Shown one piece after another: positions 52,341-61,020 of a stretch of DNA of 64,000 nt. This DNA is from Cyclobacteriaceae bacterium. Its GTDB lineage: Bacteria; Bacteroidota; Bacteroidia; Cytophagales; Cyclobacteriaceae. Location: NCBI GenBank assembly GCA_020436085.1, contig JAGQYM010000015.1:3190-67189 (forward strand), written 5' to 3'. Position 1 is the stretch's first letter. The number at the start of each line of letters is the position of its first letter. The notes below the pieces were generated by a model. The model was not told the origin of the DNA. It was given only the letters and a program-made list of their open reading frames with translations, and made no database searches. A program made the position numbers and the translations under genes.

Positions 52341-53627
52341 ATGATGACCAGAAGAAACATCCTTAAGTCGCTAGGTCTTACTGCGCTGGCGCTCCCTTCA
52401 TTGCCACTACAAGCCTCGGAGGAGTGGTCGGCACTTGCACCGCTGCCAGACAAAGATGATCCGGAATATTGGACTAAACTTCGCAAGGAGTTTATGCTTT
52501 CCAATGACAAAGTATTCTTCAACACGGGTACGGTAGGCGTGATGCCGCGCAGGGTGGTGGAGGCGGTAACGAAGCACCTTAACTACATGGCGAAGGACGT
52601 GGCGGACTGGCCATACAAAGATGATAGCAAAGAAAGATTTATCAGCGGCTATCAAGACCTGATGTTCATCAGAACGAAAGTGGGCAGGATGATCAACTGC
52701 GACCCGAAAGGTATCGCGCTCACTGACAACGTGACGAATGCCATGAGCTACATTGCCAATGGTGTTGACCTCAAGGCTGGTGACGAAGTGATCACCAGCA
52801 ACCAGGAACATCCGGGAGGCCGCTGCTCGTGGGAGGTGAGAGAAAAGAGAGATGGTGTGGTGTTGAAACAAATTGAAATTCCGAAACCAATAGAGTCTGC
52901 CGACCAGGTGCTTGACATTGTGACCAAAAGCTTCACCTCTAAAACAAAGGTGTTGATGCTATCGCATATGATTTCCGGAAGCGGAGCGATTATTCCTGCC
53001 AAAGAAATCTGTGCTGCTGCAAAAGCGAAGGGCATCTTCACCGTGCTTGATGGTGCACAAACAGTTGGCAACATGCGTGTAGATATCCGCGACATCGGAT
53101 GCGATGCTTATGTGGGCTGCTTCCATAAATGGATCGGTGCGCCAGCGGGTACGGGATTCATGTATGTTGATCCAACTAAGATCAAAGACGTGTGGACAAC
53201 GGTGGCTTCTGCTCAGTGGGACAATCATGAGGATGATGGCTATCGCTTCACACAACGAGGCACTGGAAATTTCTCCATACTCTTTGGATTGGATGCAGCA
53301 CTTGACTTTTATTTTGAAGTTGGTCACGAGCGCTGGACTGACAGGGTGAAATTTCTTGGCGACAGATTGCGCACAGGATTGGCCAAGAATAAGAAGGTGA
53401 AGTTCTTCCATCCGGCAGACCCTGCGATGTGTGCGGGTATCTCGGTGTATACTATTGAAGGACTTACTGGAACGCAGATACAAGATGGCTATTGGGCCAA
53501 AGGAAAAATGCGGCCACGCTCGATGGGAGATGTATATGGCGTGAGACATAGTACGCACATCTTCAACAGTGAAGCGGAGATTGACAGGGCGATTGCGATT
53601 GTGAATGAGCTTGCCAGCGGTCGCTAG
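52341..53627 (+). CDS. Tat-exported class V PLP enzyme (isopenicillin N epimerase/cysteine desulfurase-like)
   Basis: Twin-arginine signal TRRNILK. FFNTGTVG, EHPGG, LDGAQTVG, GCFHKW (PLP Lys), RHSTHIFN. Confidence 0.88.
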   Translation: MMTRRNILKSLGLTALALPSLPLQASEEWSALAPLPDKDDPEYWTKLRKEFMLSNDKVFFNTGTVGVMPRRVVEAVTKHLNYMAKDVADWPYKDDSKERFISGYQDLMFIRTKVGRMINCDPKGIALTDNVTNAMSYIANGVDLKAGDEVITSNQEHPGGRCSWEVREKRDGVVLKQIEIPKPIESADQVLDIVTKSFTSKTKVLMLSHMISGSGAIIPAKEICAAAKAKGIFTVLDGAQTVGNMRVDIRDIGCDAYVGCFHKWIGAPAGTGFMYVDPTKIKDVWTTVASAQWDNHEDDGYRFTQRGTGNFSILFGLDAALDFYFEVGHERWTDRVKFLGDRLRTGLAKNKKVKFFHPADPAMCAGISVYTIEGLTGTQIQDGYWAKGKMRPRSMGDVYGVRHSTHIFNSEAEIDRAIAIVNELASGR

Positions 53628-53662
53628 CGACAGTTATCTTAAAGTGATAAGGCAAAAAAGAC

Positions 53663-53670
53663 TATTTTTG
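53663..53670 (+). promoter_or_regulatory. -7 promoter box of the toxin-antitoxin operon
   Basis: TATTTTTG, 8 nt before the ATG at 53679. Confidence 0.6.
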
Positions 53671-53678
53671 AATCTGGA

Positions 53679-53924
53679 ATGAAAACTACAGATCTCAATT
53701 TCAACCTAGTAGATAGCTATCTGGGATTGCTGAAAAGCTTGAGCCCTGACAGCAGGCTTGAACTTATTGCAAAACTCTCGGCCTCTTTGAAAGGTTCTAA
53801 AAAACCAAGTAATAAGTCTTTGAGTGAACTCTATGGAGCCTTCAAGAGTAAAAAGACTGCTGACCAAATTATTGCTGATCTAAAGAAGAGCAGAAATTTT
53901 GACCGGAAGACGGAACAACTTTGA
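53679..53924 (+). CDS. Putative antitoxin (81 aa) of the VapC-type TA pair
   Basis: Small gene whose stop overlaps the PIN toxin start (TTGA). Confidence 0.7.
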   Translation: MKTTDLNFNLVDSYLGLLKSLSPDSRLELIAKLSASLKGSKKPSNKSLSELYGAFKSKKTADQIIADLKKSRNFDRKTEQL

Positions 53925-54319
53925 GTAGATATCTGCTTGATACTAACATTTGTATTTATTTTTTGAAGGGACAGTTTGGCCTTGATAAAGCCATTGAGAA
54001 AGCTGGACTTGTAAACTGCTTCGTATCGGAGATTACTATTGCCGAACTCAAATTCGGTGCAGAGAATAGCGAAAACCAGGATAAGAACAGAAAGACAGTC
54101 GATCAGTTTGTAAGTAAGTTCACGGTTATTCCGGTGTTCAATTCACTGGATATTTACGCAAAGGAAAAAGCCAGACTGCGAAAGAAGGGACTTCCCCTTG
54201 ACGATTTCGATTTGTTGATAGGTGCGACAGCCATTTCGAACAACTTAACACTTGTGGCAAGAAATGTTTCAGACTTTGAAAGACTCAAAGGAATTGAAAT
54301 AGAGAATTGGATTGATTAG
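53921..54319 (+). CDS. vapC: VapC-family PIN-domain toxin (RNase)
   Basis: YLLDTNICIY, ITIAELKFG, LDDFDLLIGATA, RNVSDF (acidic PIN residues). Confidence 0.92.
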   Translation: MSRYLLDTNICIYFLKGQFGLDKAIEKAGLVNCFVSEITIAELKFGAENSENQDKNRKTVDQFVSKFTVIPVFNSLDIYAKEKARLRKKGLPLDDFDLLIGATAISNNLTLVARNVSDFERLKGIEIENWID

Positions 54320-54439
54320 TGTTGTCATACAGCACTTCTGTTTGAATCGATTTAAAACCGCAGGTCACTTCAAATGAATTCTCGAACTCATCTGTTGTAT
54401 ACCTTGACCAAAAAGAGATAACACCCAAACCCAAAAGAC

Positions 54440-55744
54440 ATGTCCAGGACCCTATCAACGCTATGCCTTATAATACTTGCCATCACCTCCTTCGGTCAAA
54501 AGCTTTCCAAGGATGAGAAGAAGATTGTAGCCAGTGTAGATCAGCGCATGGCAGAGGCAATTGCCTTTTTGGAGAAGGTGGTCAATATCAACAGCGGCAC
54601 AAATAATCTGAAAGGTGTGCAAGCTGTAGGAATGGAATTCAAAAAGGAGTTGGATGCCATGGGCTTCACTTCTAATTGGGTGGACATGCCTGCCGAGATG
54701 AAGCGTGCGGGTCACTTGTTGTCAGAGCACAAGGGAGCGAAGGGAAAGAAGCTGTTGTTGCTGGGTCACATCGACACAGTGTTTGAACCTGTGGGAGAAA
54801 GCAAAGGTTGGGTTCGTCAGGATACGATTGCGTTTGGTCCGGGCACAAGCGACATGAAGGGTGGTGATATGGTGATGCTCTATGCGTTGAAGGCGTTGCA
54901 CGATGCAAAGCTTCTGGACAATACTCAGATTCTGGTGTTACTCACCGGTGATGAAGAGGCTGTAGGCAAGCCGCTAGATATTAGTCGTGGTGATATGGTT
55001 CGGTCTGCCGATCGCAGTGACATCGCGTTATCATTTGAAGGCGCGACAGGATTTGAATATGCAACTGTGGCAAGAAGAGGATCGAGTGGCTGGAGGCTAA
55101 CGGTGCATGGAAAGCAGGCGCACTCATCGCGGATATTTACACCTGCTGTTGGCGCTGGTGCGATTTACGAAAGTGCACGTATCCTTCATCGGTTTTACGA
55201 TGAACTTCAGGAACCGAGTCTTACGTACAGTCCGGGTATGATGGCCGGAGGCACAACAGTGACTGTAAATGAGAATGGCTTTGAGGCGGAGACATCAGGT
55301 AAGCAAAACATTGTGCCTAACACTGTGGTGGTGCATGGCGATTTAAGATTCTTAAGTGAAGAGCAAAAGGAGCGCACACGTGCGAAGATGCGCGAGATTG
55401 TAAACGATAATTTACCGGGAACAAGTGCGGAGATCGAATTCATCGATAGCTATCCATCGATGTCTCCCAAAGAAGGTAATGTGAAAGTGCTGACTGTGTA
55501 TGATCAGGTGAGCAGAGACCTGGGATTGGGTGAAGTAAAACCGTTTGATCCTGGTAAGAGGGGAGGCGGAGACATTGCTTTTATTGCAGAGCGCATCGAT
55601 GCACTTGACGGACTCGGTGCCATGGGGGGAGGAGCGCACGCTCCGGAAGAGTATGTAGACCTTACAACACTGGACGAGCAGATCAAAAGAGCAGCGTTGC
55701 TTATCTACAGATTGACGAGGGAGGAGAAAATTCAAAAAAGATAG
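54440..55744 (+). CDS. M20-family metallopeptidase (carboxypeptidase G2-like), secreted
   Basis: LLGHIDTVF, GPGTSDMKGG, TGDEE, GKQAHSS, GGGDIAF, DGLG..GGGAHAPEEY. Confidence 0.9.
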   Translation: MSRTLSTLCLIILAITSFGQKLSKDEKKIVASVDQRMAEAIAFLEKVVNINSGTNNLKGVQAVGMEFKKELDAMGFTSNWVDMPAEMKRAGHLLSEHKGAKGKKLLLLGHIDTVFEPVGESKGWVRQDTIAFGPGTSDMKGGDMVMLYALKALHDAKLLDNTQILVLLTGDEEAVGKPLDISRGDMVRSADRSDIALSFEGATGFEYATVARRGSSGWRLTVHGKQAHSSRIFTPAVGAGAIYESARILHRFYDELQEPSLTYSPGMMAGGTTVTVNENGFEAETSGKQNIVPNTVVVHGDLRFLSEEQKERTRAKMREIVNDNLPGTSAEIEFIDSYPSMSPKEGNVKVLTVYDQVSRDLGLGEVKPFDPGKRGGGDIAFIAERIDALDGLGAMGGGAHAPEEYVDLTTLDEQIKRAALLIYRLTREEKIQKR

Positions 55745-55793
55745 TCAATAGTCTGATGGACAATGGTCCATGGACTGTAAGACTATTGACTAT
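55741..55793. repeat. Heptamer-based inverted repeat between convergent genes
   Basis: ATAGTCAATAGTC ... GACTATTGACTAT (13-bp arms) enclosing ATGGAC-aatg-GTCCAT. Confidence 0.75.
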
Positions 55794-56257
55794 TGCTTAA
55801 AGTGGTAGAGCAACGTGATCGTTGCGGTGAATGCCGGCTTTGGGTTGTCTTTAATTTCCATCACGGAGTATAGTTCTGCTTTCGCAATGCCTCTTAAGTT
55901 GGCGATGGCATTTAGTTTCACATTCAATCGGACTTCTGATCCCACCACCACGGGCTGATTGAACTTCAGGGTCTCGATGCCATAGTTCACCAACATGGTG
56001 ATGTTGTTCACTTCTACTATTTGTCCCCAGAGGTAGGGCACGAGTGAGAGTGTGAGGTAGCCGTGGGCGATAGTCTTTTTGAATGGGCTATCGGTGGCGG
56101 CACGGGCGGCATCGGTATGGATCCACTGGTGATCCAATGTTGCATCGGCAAACTGGTTGATCTGCTCTTGAGTGATTTTCACATAATCGGAAGTTCCTAT
56201 CTCACGACCAGAAAAAGCTGAAAATTCCTCGAAACTGTTAATGACGATCTTCGACAT
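55790..56257 (-). CDS. MaoC-family dehydratase
   Basis: ITQEQINQFADATLDHQWIHTD, TIAHGYLTLSL, NYGIETLKF. Confidence 0.92.
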   Translation of the reverse strand: MSKIVINSFEEFSAFSGREIGTSDYVKITQEQINQFADATLDHQWIHTDAARAATDSPFKKTIAHGYLTLSLVPYLWGQIVEVNNITMLVNYGIETLKFNQPVVVGSEVRLNVKLNAIANLRGIAKAELYSVMEIKDNPKPAFTATITLLYHFKQ

Positions 56258-56351
56258 GATTTAAAGATTGAAGCGCTCAAGATAGTTCATTTTTTAGTGT
56301 AATTGAAGCTATCCGCGGTGGCGAACGGTATCGTGAAGCCGCCTTTATTAT

Positions 56352-56359
56352 TATCTTTG
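56352..56359 (+). promoter_or_regulatory. -7 promoter box upstream of the IF2-N-like gene
   Basis: TATCTTTG, about 40 nt upstream of the ATG. Confidence 0.6.
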
Positions 56360-56399
56360 CGGCTGCTGCAAGTCAGCGAGAGAAAATTTCCGGAATCTT

Positions 56400-57206
56400 A
56401 TGCGTTTAGCCCAGTTAGCCCGCAAAATTGCTGTCAAGCCTGCCGACATCGTAGCTTTTTTGGCGTCACGGGACATTATTATAGAAGACAACTCCAATGC
56501 CAAGGTGGCTGATGAATATGAACAGATAGTTCTGCAACACTTTGCACCTGATTTATTGATCTCGGAGACAGAAACCCCGGAAACAAGTGCAGAGGATCAA
56601 CCAGTAATTGAAGATAGCATTGAAATACCGCAGGTAGAAATTGAGGAGGTTGAGAACACGGTAGAGGCTACGGAGCCAGTGGAGACAAAGGAGGAAGATA
56701 AACCTGAGGTGATCAAGCCGCCCAAGGTGGAGTTGCCGGGATTGAAAGTAGTGGGCAAGATTGATCTGCCTGAACCAAAGAAGAAAGCCCCTGAGACTCC
56801 AGTGGAAACAACTGAGGAGCAACCGAAGGCCGAGGGTGAGCAGGCCTCTGATGAAGCTGGATCACAGCCATCACCTGACCGCGAAAGCCGCGGACCACGC
56901 GATCGAAGAAGGCCTCAGCGTGATGACAGGAAACAGCGCACGGAACAAAGGCCACGTAGGAACCCGATCGCCTTACAACGCGAGCGTGAAGAAAGAGAGG
57001 CGCTACGAAAGAAGCTGGAGGATCAGCAGAAACAAAAGGAACTGCGCACACAACGCTATCTCAAAAAAGTAGAAGGCAGGACTCCACCACAACGAACGTC
57101 AAAAAAATCGAAGAAGAAACACGAAGAGGAGTATGAGGTGTTCACCGAGAAGCAGCGGCCTAAGTCCTTCTTCGGGCGAATCATGAATTGGTTTGTTTCT
57201 GAATAG
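56400..57206 (+). CDS. Stand-alone protein resembling the IF2 (InfB) N-terminal region, with no GTPase domain
   Basis: MRLAQLARKIAVKPADIVAFL...NSNAKV (IF2_N-like), acidic linker, GLKVVGKIDLP, Arg/Lys-rich region, C-terminal FFGRIMNWF. Confidence 0.65.
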   Translation: MRLAQLARKIAVKPADIVAFLASRDIIIEDNSNAKVADEYEQIVLQHFAPDLLISETETPETSAEDQPVIEDSIEIPQVEIEEVENTVEATEPVETKEEDKPEVIKPPKVELPGLKVVGKIDLPEPKKKAPETPVETTEEQPKAEGEQASDEAGSQPSPDRESRGPRDRRRPQRDDRKQRTEQRPRRNPIALQREREEREALRKKLEDQQKQKELRTQRYLKKVEGRTPPQRTSKKSKKKHEEEYEVFTEKQRPKSFFGRIMNWFVSE

Positions 57207-57207
57207 T

Positions 57208-57265
57208 TTTTGAGTTGTGAGTTTTAAGTTTTGAGTTGCGCTCTTTAACTCAAAACTGTTAACTC
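57208..57265. repeat. Heptamer tandem array plus inverted arm (REP-like / terminator)
   Basis: TTTTGAG TTGTGAG TTTTAAG TTTTGAG, then AACTCAAAACT (reverse complement of 57227-57237). Confidence 0.7.
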
Positions 57266-57404
57266 GATAGTTGTTCAAATCCGTACAATACACTGTACGA
57301 ACATTTACATCTGCCTACCTGAAACAGTCTAAAACAGAACAGATTTGATGGTTTGCGTTCTGGTCTTTCGTTTGCAAGTACCCGAACGGCTTAAACCTTA
57401 TAAT

Positions 57405-57605
57405 ATGCGTACCCTGATCGCTCTTTGTCTTTGGTTTATTTTATTGGTGTTGTGCTGGCCTTTGGCCTTGCTGGCTATTTTCATTTTTCCACTGGTGTGG
57501 CTGATCTTACTTCCGTTCAGGATACTGGGGTTTACCATAGGATTTATTTTTGAAGCAATAGGGGCGATCCTGATGTTTCCTTTTAGGGTGCTAAAGCGGA
57601 TTTAG
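57405..57605 (+). CDS. Small hydrophobic membrane protein (66 aa)
   Basis: Start is ATG 57405. Almost wholly hydrophobic, with repeated LPFR/FPFR. Confidence 0.7.
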   Translation: MRTLIALCLWFILLVLCWPLALLAIFIFPLVWLILLPFRILGFTIGFIFEAIGAILMFPFRVLKRI

Positions 57606-57684
57606 CTTTTTTAGAATTTGAGATTGCCGAAAGAATATAGCAATTCAAGGTTTGGCTCGTTAGCTAAAAAGCTATCTTTCACTT

Positions 57685-57828
57685 ATGAAGACATTTCCAT
57701 TTGGTCGAATGCGAGGTCTGCTGTTCATCGGACTAATGCTATCGATGTTGTTGTTTGGAGTTATTCAAAAATGCACTAATCCAGAAAAGAGTGGAGATCA
57801 AAAAAGGTCTCGAGAGCGAATTAGATAG
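57685..57828 (+). CDS. Small single-TM protein (47 aa), absent from the ORF track
   Basis: MKTFPFGRMRGLLFIGLMLSMLLFGVIQKCTNPEKSGDQKRSRERIR*. Its start context is identical to that of the next gene. Confidence 0.55.
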   Translation: MKTFPFGRMRGLLFIGLMLSMLLFGVIQKCTNPEKSGDQKRSRERIR

Positions 57829-57913
57829 GTCCTTTCGATCGATCTAAAATATTTATCGCTTACTCGACTTTTTCAGCTGTTAGACTAATCGTCCAAACAG
57901 CTATCTTTCACTT

Positions 57914-58411
57914 ATGAAGTTTAATACCCTAATCTTTCTGTCATTGGCTTTTGGAAGCGCAGCACTTGCGCAGGGTAAATTTGTAAGTGAGAAGTATAAA
58001 CCACTCATCGGGGCAACATGGCAAAAGGATGAGGACTTGCCCCTACTTGATGGATTTATGTACCGAGGGGGTTCCATGCTCTCGGCTATCGATGATGAAG
58101 AGTTATTTGGTACTAATTGGTTTGCCAAAGGGTCAACTGCCCTGGTATTCTTTGAGCGAATGGGCGAGGACAATACCCACGAAATCATAGACGTGTTGGA
58201 AATAACGGGCTTAAAGAAAAATCAAGAGATTAAAGGAGGAGACTGCTCTAACGGTGAAGCTGAGATGATAAGCCTGGTAGCACTGGTCACCACATCTCAG
58301 GCAGAAAGATGGAAGGCGCTGAAAGCATGGAATTTCAACCGCGATAAACTCAGGATCGAGTCTTACGACCCTGCCCGTGTCACTTGCCTGGGAATGGGCG
58401 AGGAGTATTAG
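57914..58411 (+). CDS. Secreted hypothetical protein
   Basis: Signal peptide MKFNTLIFLSLAFGSAALA, 165 aa, two Cys. Confidence 0.75.
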   Translation: MKFNTLIFLSLAFGSAALAQGKFVSEKYKPLIGATWQKDEDLPLLDGFMYRGGSMLSAIDDEELFGTNWFAKGSTALVFFERMGEDNTHEIIDVLEITGLKKNQEIKGGDCSNGEAEMISLVALVTTSQAERWKALKAWNFNRDKLRIESYDPARVTCLGMGEEY

Positions 58412-58477
58412 GGTAGTTCTGCGTTGCATCTCCTGCCATAATTCCCTAAACTTGGTAATCACCAACCGGAATTACTC

Positions 58478-59485
58478 ATGCGATCCAATGCAGACTTTGA
58501 GGAATTCTATAATCGCGAGCTCAAATCATTGATTGCCCGCATTGAAGAGCAACGCAAATCCATCGCTGACAAATATTCTTACAAGAAGTATTGGCGCAAT
58601 CTAAAATGGCTGCTTACCCTCACTATCATCGGAGGTATTGCGAGAGCCGTGGCTCCTGATCAGGTTCCTGCAGCCGTTGGTCTCATTGCCGTGGTGATGG
58701 TTGCCTATGCTATCATTGCAGCCATTTACCTAACGGTTAAAAGAAATACTTCTTTCAAGCCTATTTCACTTGAGTATAAGAAGACGGTCATTTCCAAGAT
58801 TGTGCATTTTGTTAATCCCTCTTTGCAATACAACCCTGAACAAGGACTGCAGGCAAGTGAGTTTACCATGGGTGAGTTATTTGAGTCACCAACGCGTTTC
58901 CGGACGGAGGACTTGGTGGAGGGCATCGTTGATGGTGTGGCAGTGCGAATGGCAGATGTGGTGGCTACAAAAACAAAAAGGAGCGGGAGCAAAGGGGAGA
59001 GTACAACGGTAACTCTATTCAAAGGCCTTTATGGGATTGCAAGATTTGAGCGACCTTTTCAAGCACAGGTGAAGCTGAAGCCGGGCAACGCGGCCTACGA
59101 GGCATTGGAGAGAATTGGTGGAATAGCAAAGAAATTGCTTGGTGGCATGGTGGACTCTTTCATGGAGAAGATGAAGCTGACGGAGATCCAGACGGGACAT
59201 GCGGAGTTTGACAAGGCCTACTTTGTGCAGAGCAACGAGAAAGAAAAAGCACTAACCATGCTTACGCCTACACTGATGCAATTGATACTTTCTTTTAATA
59301 AGGAGTTGGCGATGCCGGTTGCTCTGGCGTTTAAGGGTGACCAGATGCATATGGCTTTTGCCAATATCAACATGTTTGAGATCAACCTTGGTGTGTCGAT
59401 GACGGAGAAAGATGACTCCAGGGACTACTTCCGTCACTTGAACCTTGCCATGGGATTGATTGAAGCTGTCAAATCCCTGAAGTAA
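58478..59485 (+). CDS. DUF3137-like membrane protein
   Basis: Two N-terminal TM helices, YKKTVISKIV, TEDLVEG, LFKG, EFDKAYFVQSN, LLTP-like LTPTLMQLIL. Confidence 0.75.
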   Translation: MRSNADFEEFYNRELKSLIARIEEQRKSIADKYSYKKYWRNLKWLLTLTIIGGIARAVAPDQVPAAVGLIAVVMVAYAIIAAIYLTVKRNTSFKPISLEYKKTVISKIVHFVNPSLQYNPEQGLQASEFTMGELFESPTRFRTEDLVEGIVDGVAVRMADVVATKTKRSGSKGESTTVTLFKGLYGIARFERPFQAQVKLKPGNAAYEALERIGGIAKKLLGGMVDSFMEKMKLTEIQTGHAEFDKAYFVQSNEKEKALTMLTPTLMQLILSFNKELAMPVALAFKGDQMHMAFANINMFEINLGVSMTEKDDSRDYFRHLNLAMGLIEAVKSLK

Positions 59486-59525
59486 CTTTATCATAACGTA
59501 ATTCAAACCTTCTGACCACAAACCT

Positions 59526-60962
59526 ATGCGTCTATTAATTCTCTTCATGCTATCCGTTCTCATTGCCTGCGCACCCAAGAAGGCTTTTGAGGATGCTATT
59601 TATATAGAAAACATCACTGTGATTGATCCACTGGATGGCACTAAAGAAGGGCAGACCGTTGTGATCAAAGAGGGTAAAATTCACAAGATTGCTCCATCGG
59701 CTGAACTCAAGTTATCATCCGATAACACCATTATAGATGGAACCGGAAAATTTCTCATGCCCGGCTTATGGGACGCGCATGTTCACTTCGCTTACATGGA
59801 GGAAATAGCGCCACGCATGTTTGATCTGTTTATGCTCTATGGCATCACCAGCGTGCGTGATACAGGAGGTCGTATCGAATTGGTAACAGATTACAAGCAG
59901 CAATCACTGAATAATCCCACCAAGGCACCGAGAGTAAAAATCGCAGGCCCCCTGTTGGATGGAATGCCTAATGTTTATGACGGAAGTGATCCTGGTCATC
60001 CACCTTTGTCTGTGGGACTAAAAACTGTAGAGGATGTTAACAACAAGATTGATGAATTGAATGAAGCGGGCGTTGACTTGCTCAAGGCCTATGAGATGTT
60101 AACGCCTGATCAATTTGTCGCTGTGATGAAAAAGGCGAAAGAGTTGGGGTTGAAAGTGACAGGCCATGTGCCGTTAAGTATGGATGTGATTTCCGCTTCC
60201 AACGGTGGTCTTAATAGTATGGAACATTTGCGCAATGTTGAACTCTCCTGTGCTTCCAATGCAGAAGAGTTGCTGGCGCAACGCAGGAAGATGTTGGAAA
60301 ATGATAAGGACCTGTCGGGTTCGGAACTGCGGAGCAGCATGCACGAGGCACAGCGCGAAACAGCTGTAAATAATTTCAGTGAAGAAAAAGCAAAGGAGGT
60401 GATCGAGACACTTGCACGCAACAGAACGTGGCAGATTCCAACGCTGGCGCTCAACACGTTGCGCGCGGAGCTGTTTATGCGACAGCCCTGGTGGAGTGAA
60501 AGTATTCAATACCTGCCGGATACCACTGCTTCGCGGTGGCAATCCATTGTGGATAGGATGGCGGGAAGTGAGGTTCCAGCGTTTCAGCAAACTTATGCCG
60601 CATGGATGTTTAAGATGGTAGGACAAATGCACGAGGCTGGTGTGGAGTTTATGGCGGGAACAGACACGCCTATCGGCTTTCAAACACCCGGCATCAGCCT
60701 GCACAACGAACTGGTGATGTTGGTGAAGGCGGGGTTCACTCCATTGGGAGCGATTAAGTCTGCAACCTACAACCCGGCATTTTACTTTGGCATGCAGGAT
60801 GAGCTTGGCAGCGTAAAAGAGGGCATGTGGGCTGACTTACTTATTTTAAATGCCGACCCGCTGAAAGACATTGAAAACACGCGTCAGATAGATGCTGTGA
60901 TTAAGCAGGGTGAGTATTATAATCAGGAGGCGTTGGATAAGATTAGGGAGAGGTTGAGGTAG
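59526..60962 (+). CDS. Lipoprotein amidohydrolase
   Basis: Lipobox LIA-C. PGLWDAHVH, LKAY, TGHV, MEH, MAGTD, GSVKEGMWADL. Confidence 0.9.
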   Translation: MRLLILFMLSVLIACAPKKAFEDAIYIENITVIDPLDGTKEGQTVVIKEGKIHKIAPSAELKLSSDNTIIDGTGKFLMPGLWDAHVHFAYMEEIAPRMFDLFMLYGITSVRDTGGRIELVTDYKQQSLNNPTKAPRVKIAGPLLDGMPNVYDGSDPGHPPLSVGLKTVEDVNNKIDELNEAGVDLLKAYEMLTPDQFVAVMKKAKELGLKVTGHVPLSMDVISASNGGLNSMEHLRNVELSCASNAEELLAQRRKMLENDKDLSGSELRSSMHEAQRETAVNNFSEEKAKEVIETLARNRTWQIPTLALNTLRAELFMRQPWWSESIQYLPDTTASRWQSIVDRMAGSEVPAFQQTYAAWMFKMVGQMHEAGVEFMAGTDTPIGFQTPGISLHNELVMLVKAGFTPLGAIKSATYNPAFYFGMQDELGSVKEGMWADLLILNADPLKDIENTRQIDAVIKQGEYYNQEALDKIRERLR

Positions 60963-61020
60963 TGCTTGCCTTTTTATTGGTTTGCCAGAAACTGGTCGGG
61001 CAAATCGAGAACATAATCGA

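Noticed and set aside
52959-53558. Long antisense ORFs (e.g. 52959-53558, 60174-60704, 72-593, 4196-4759, 10641-11108)
   Set aside because: They are shadows of well-supported genes, with no motifs or start signals.
47056-53628. TCGCTAGC beside both toxin-like loci as a shared insertion site
   Set aside because: An 8-mer is expected about once per 64 kb by chance, and no matching flanks were found.
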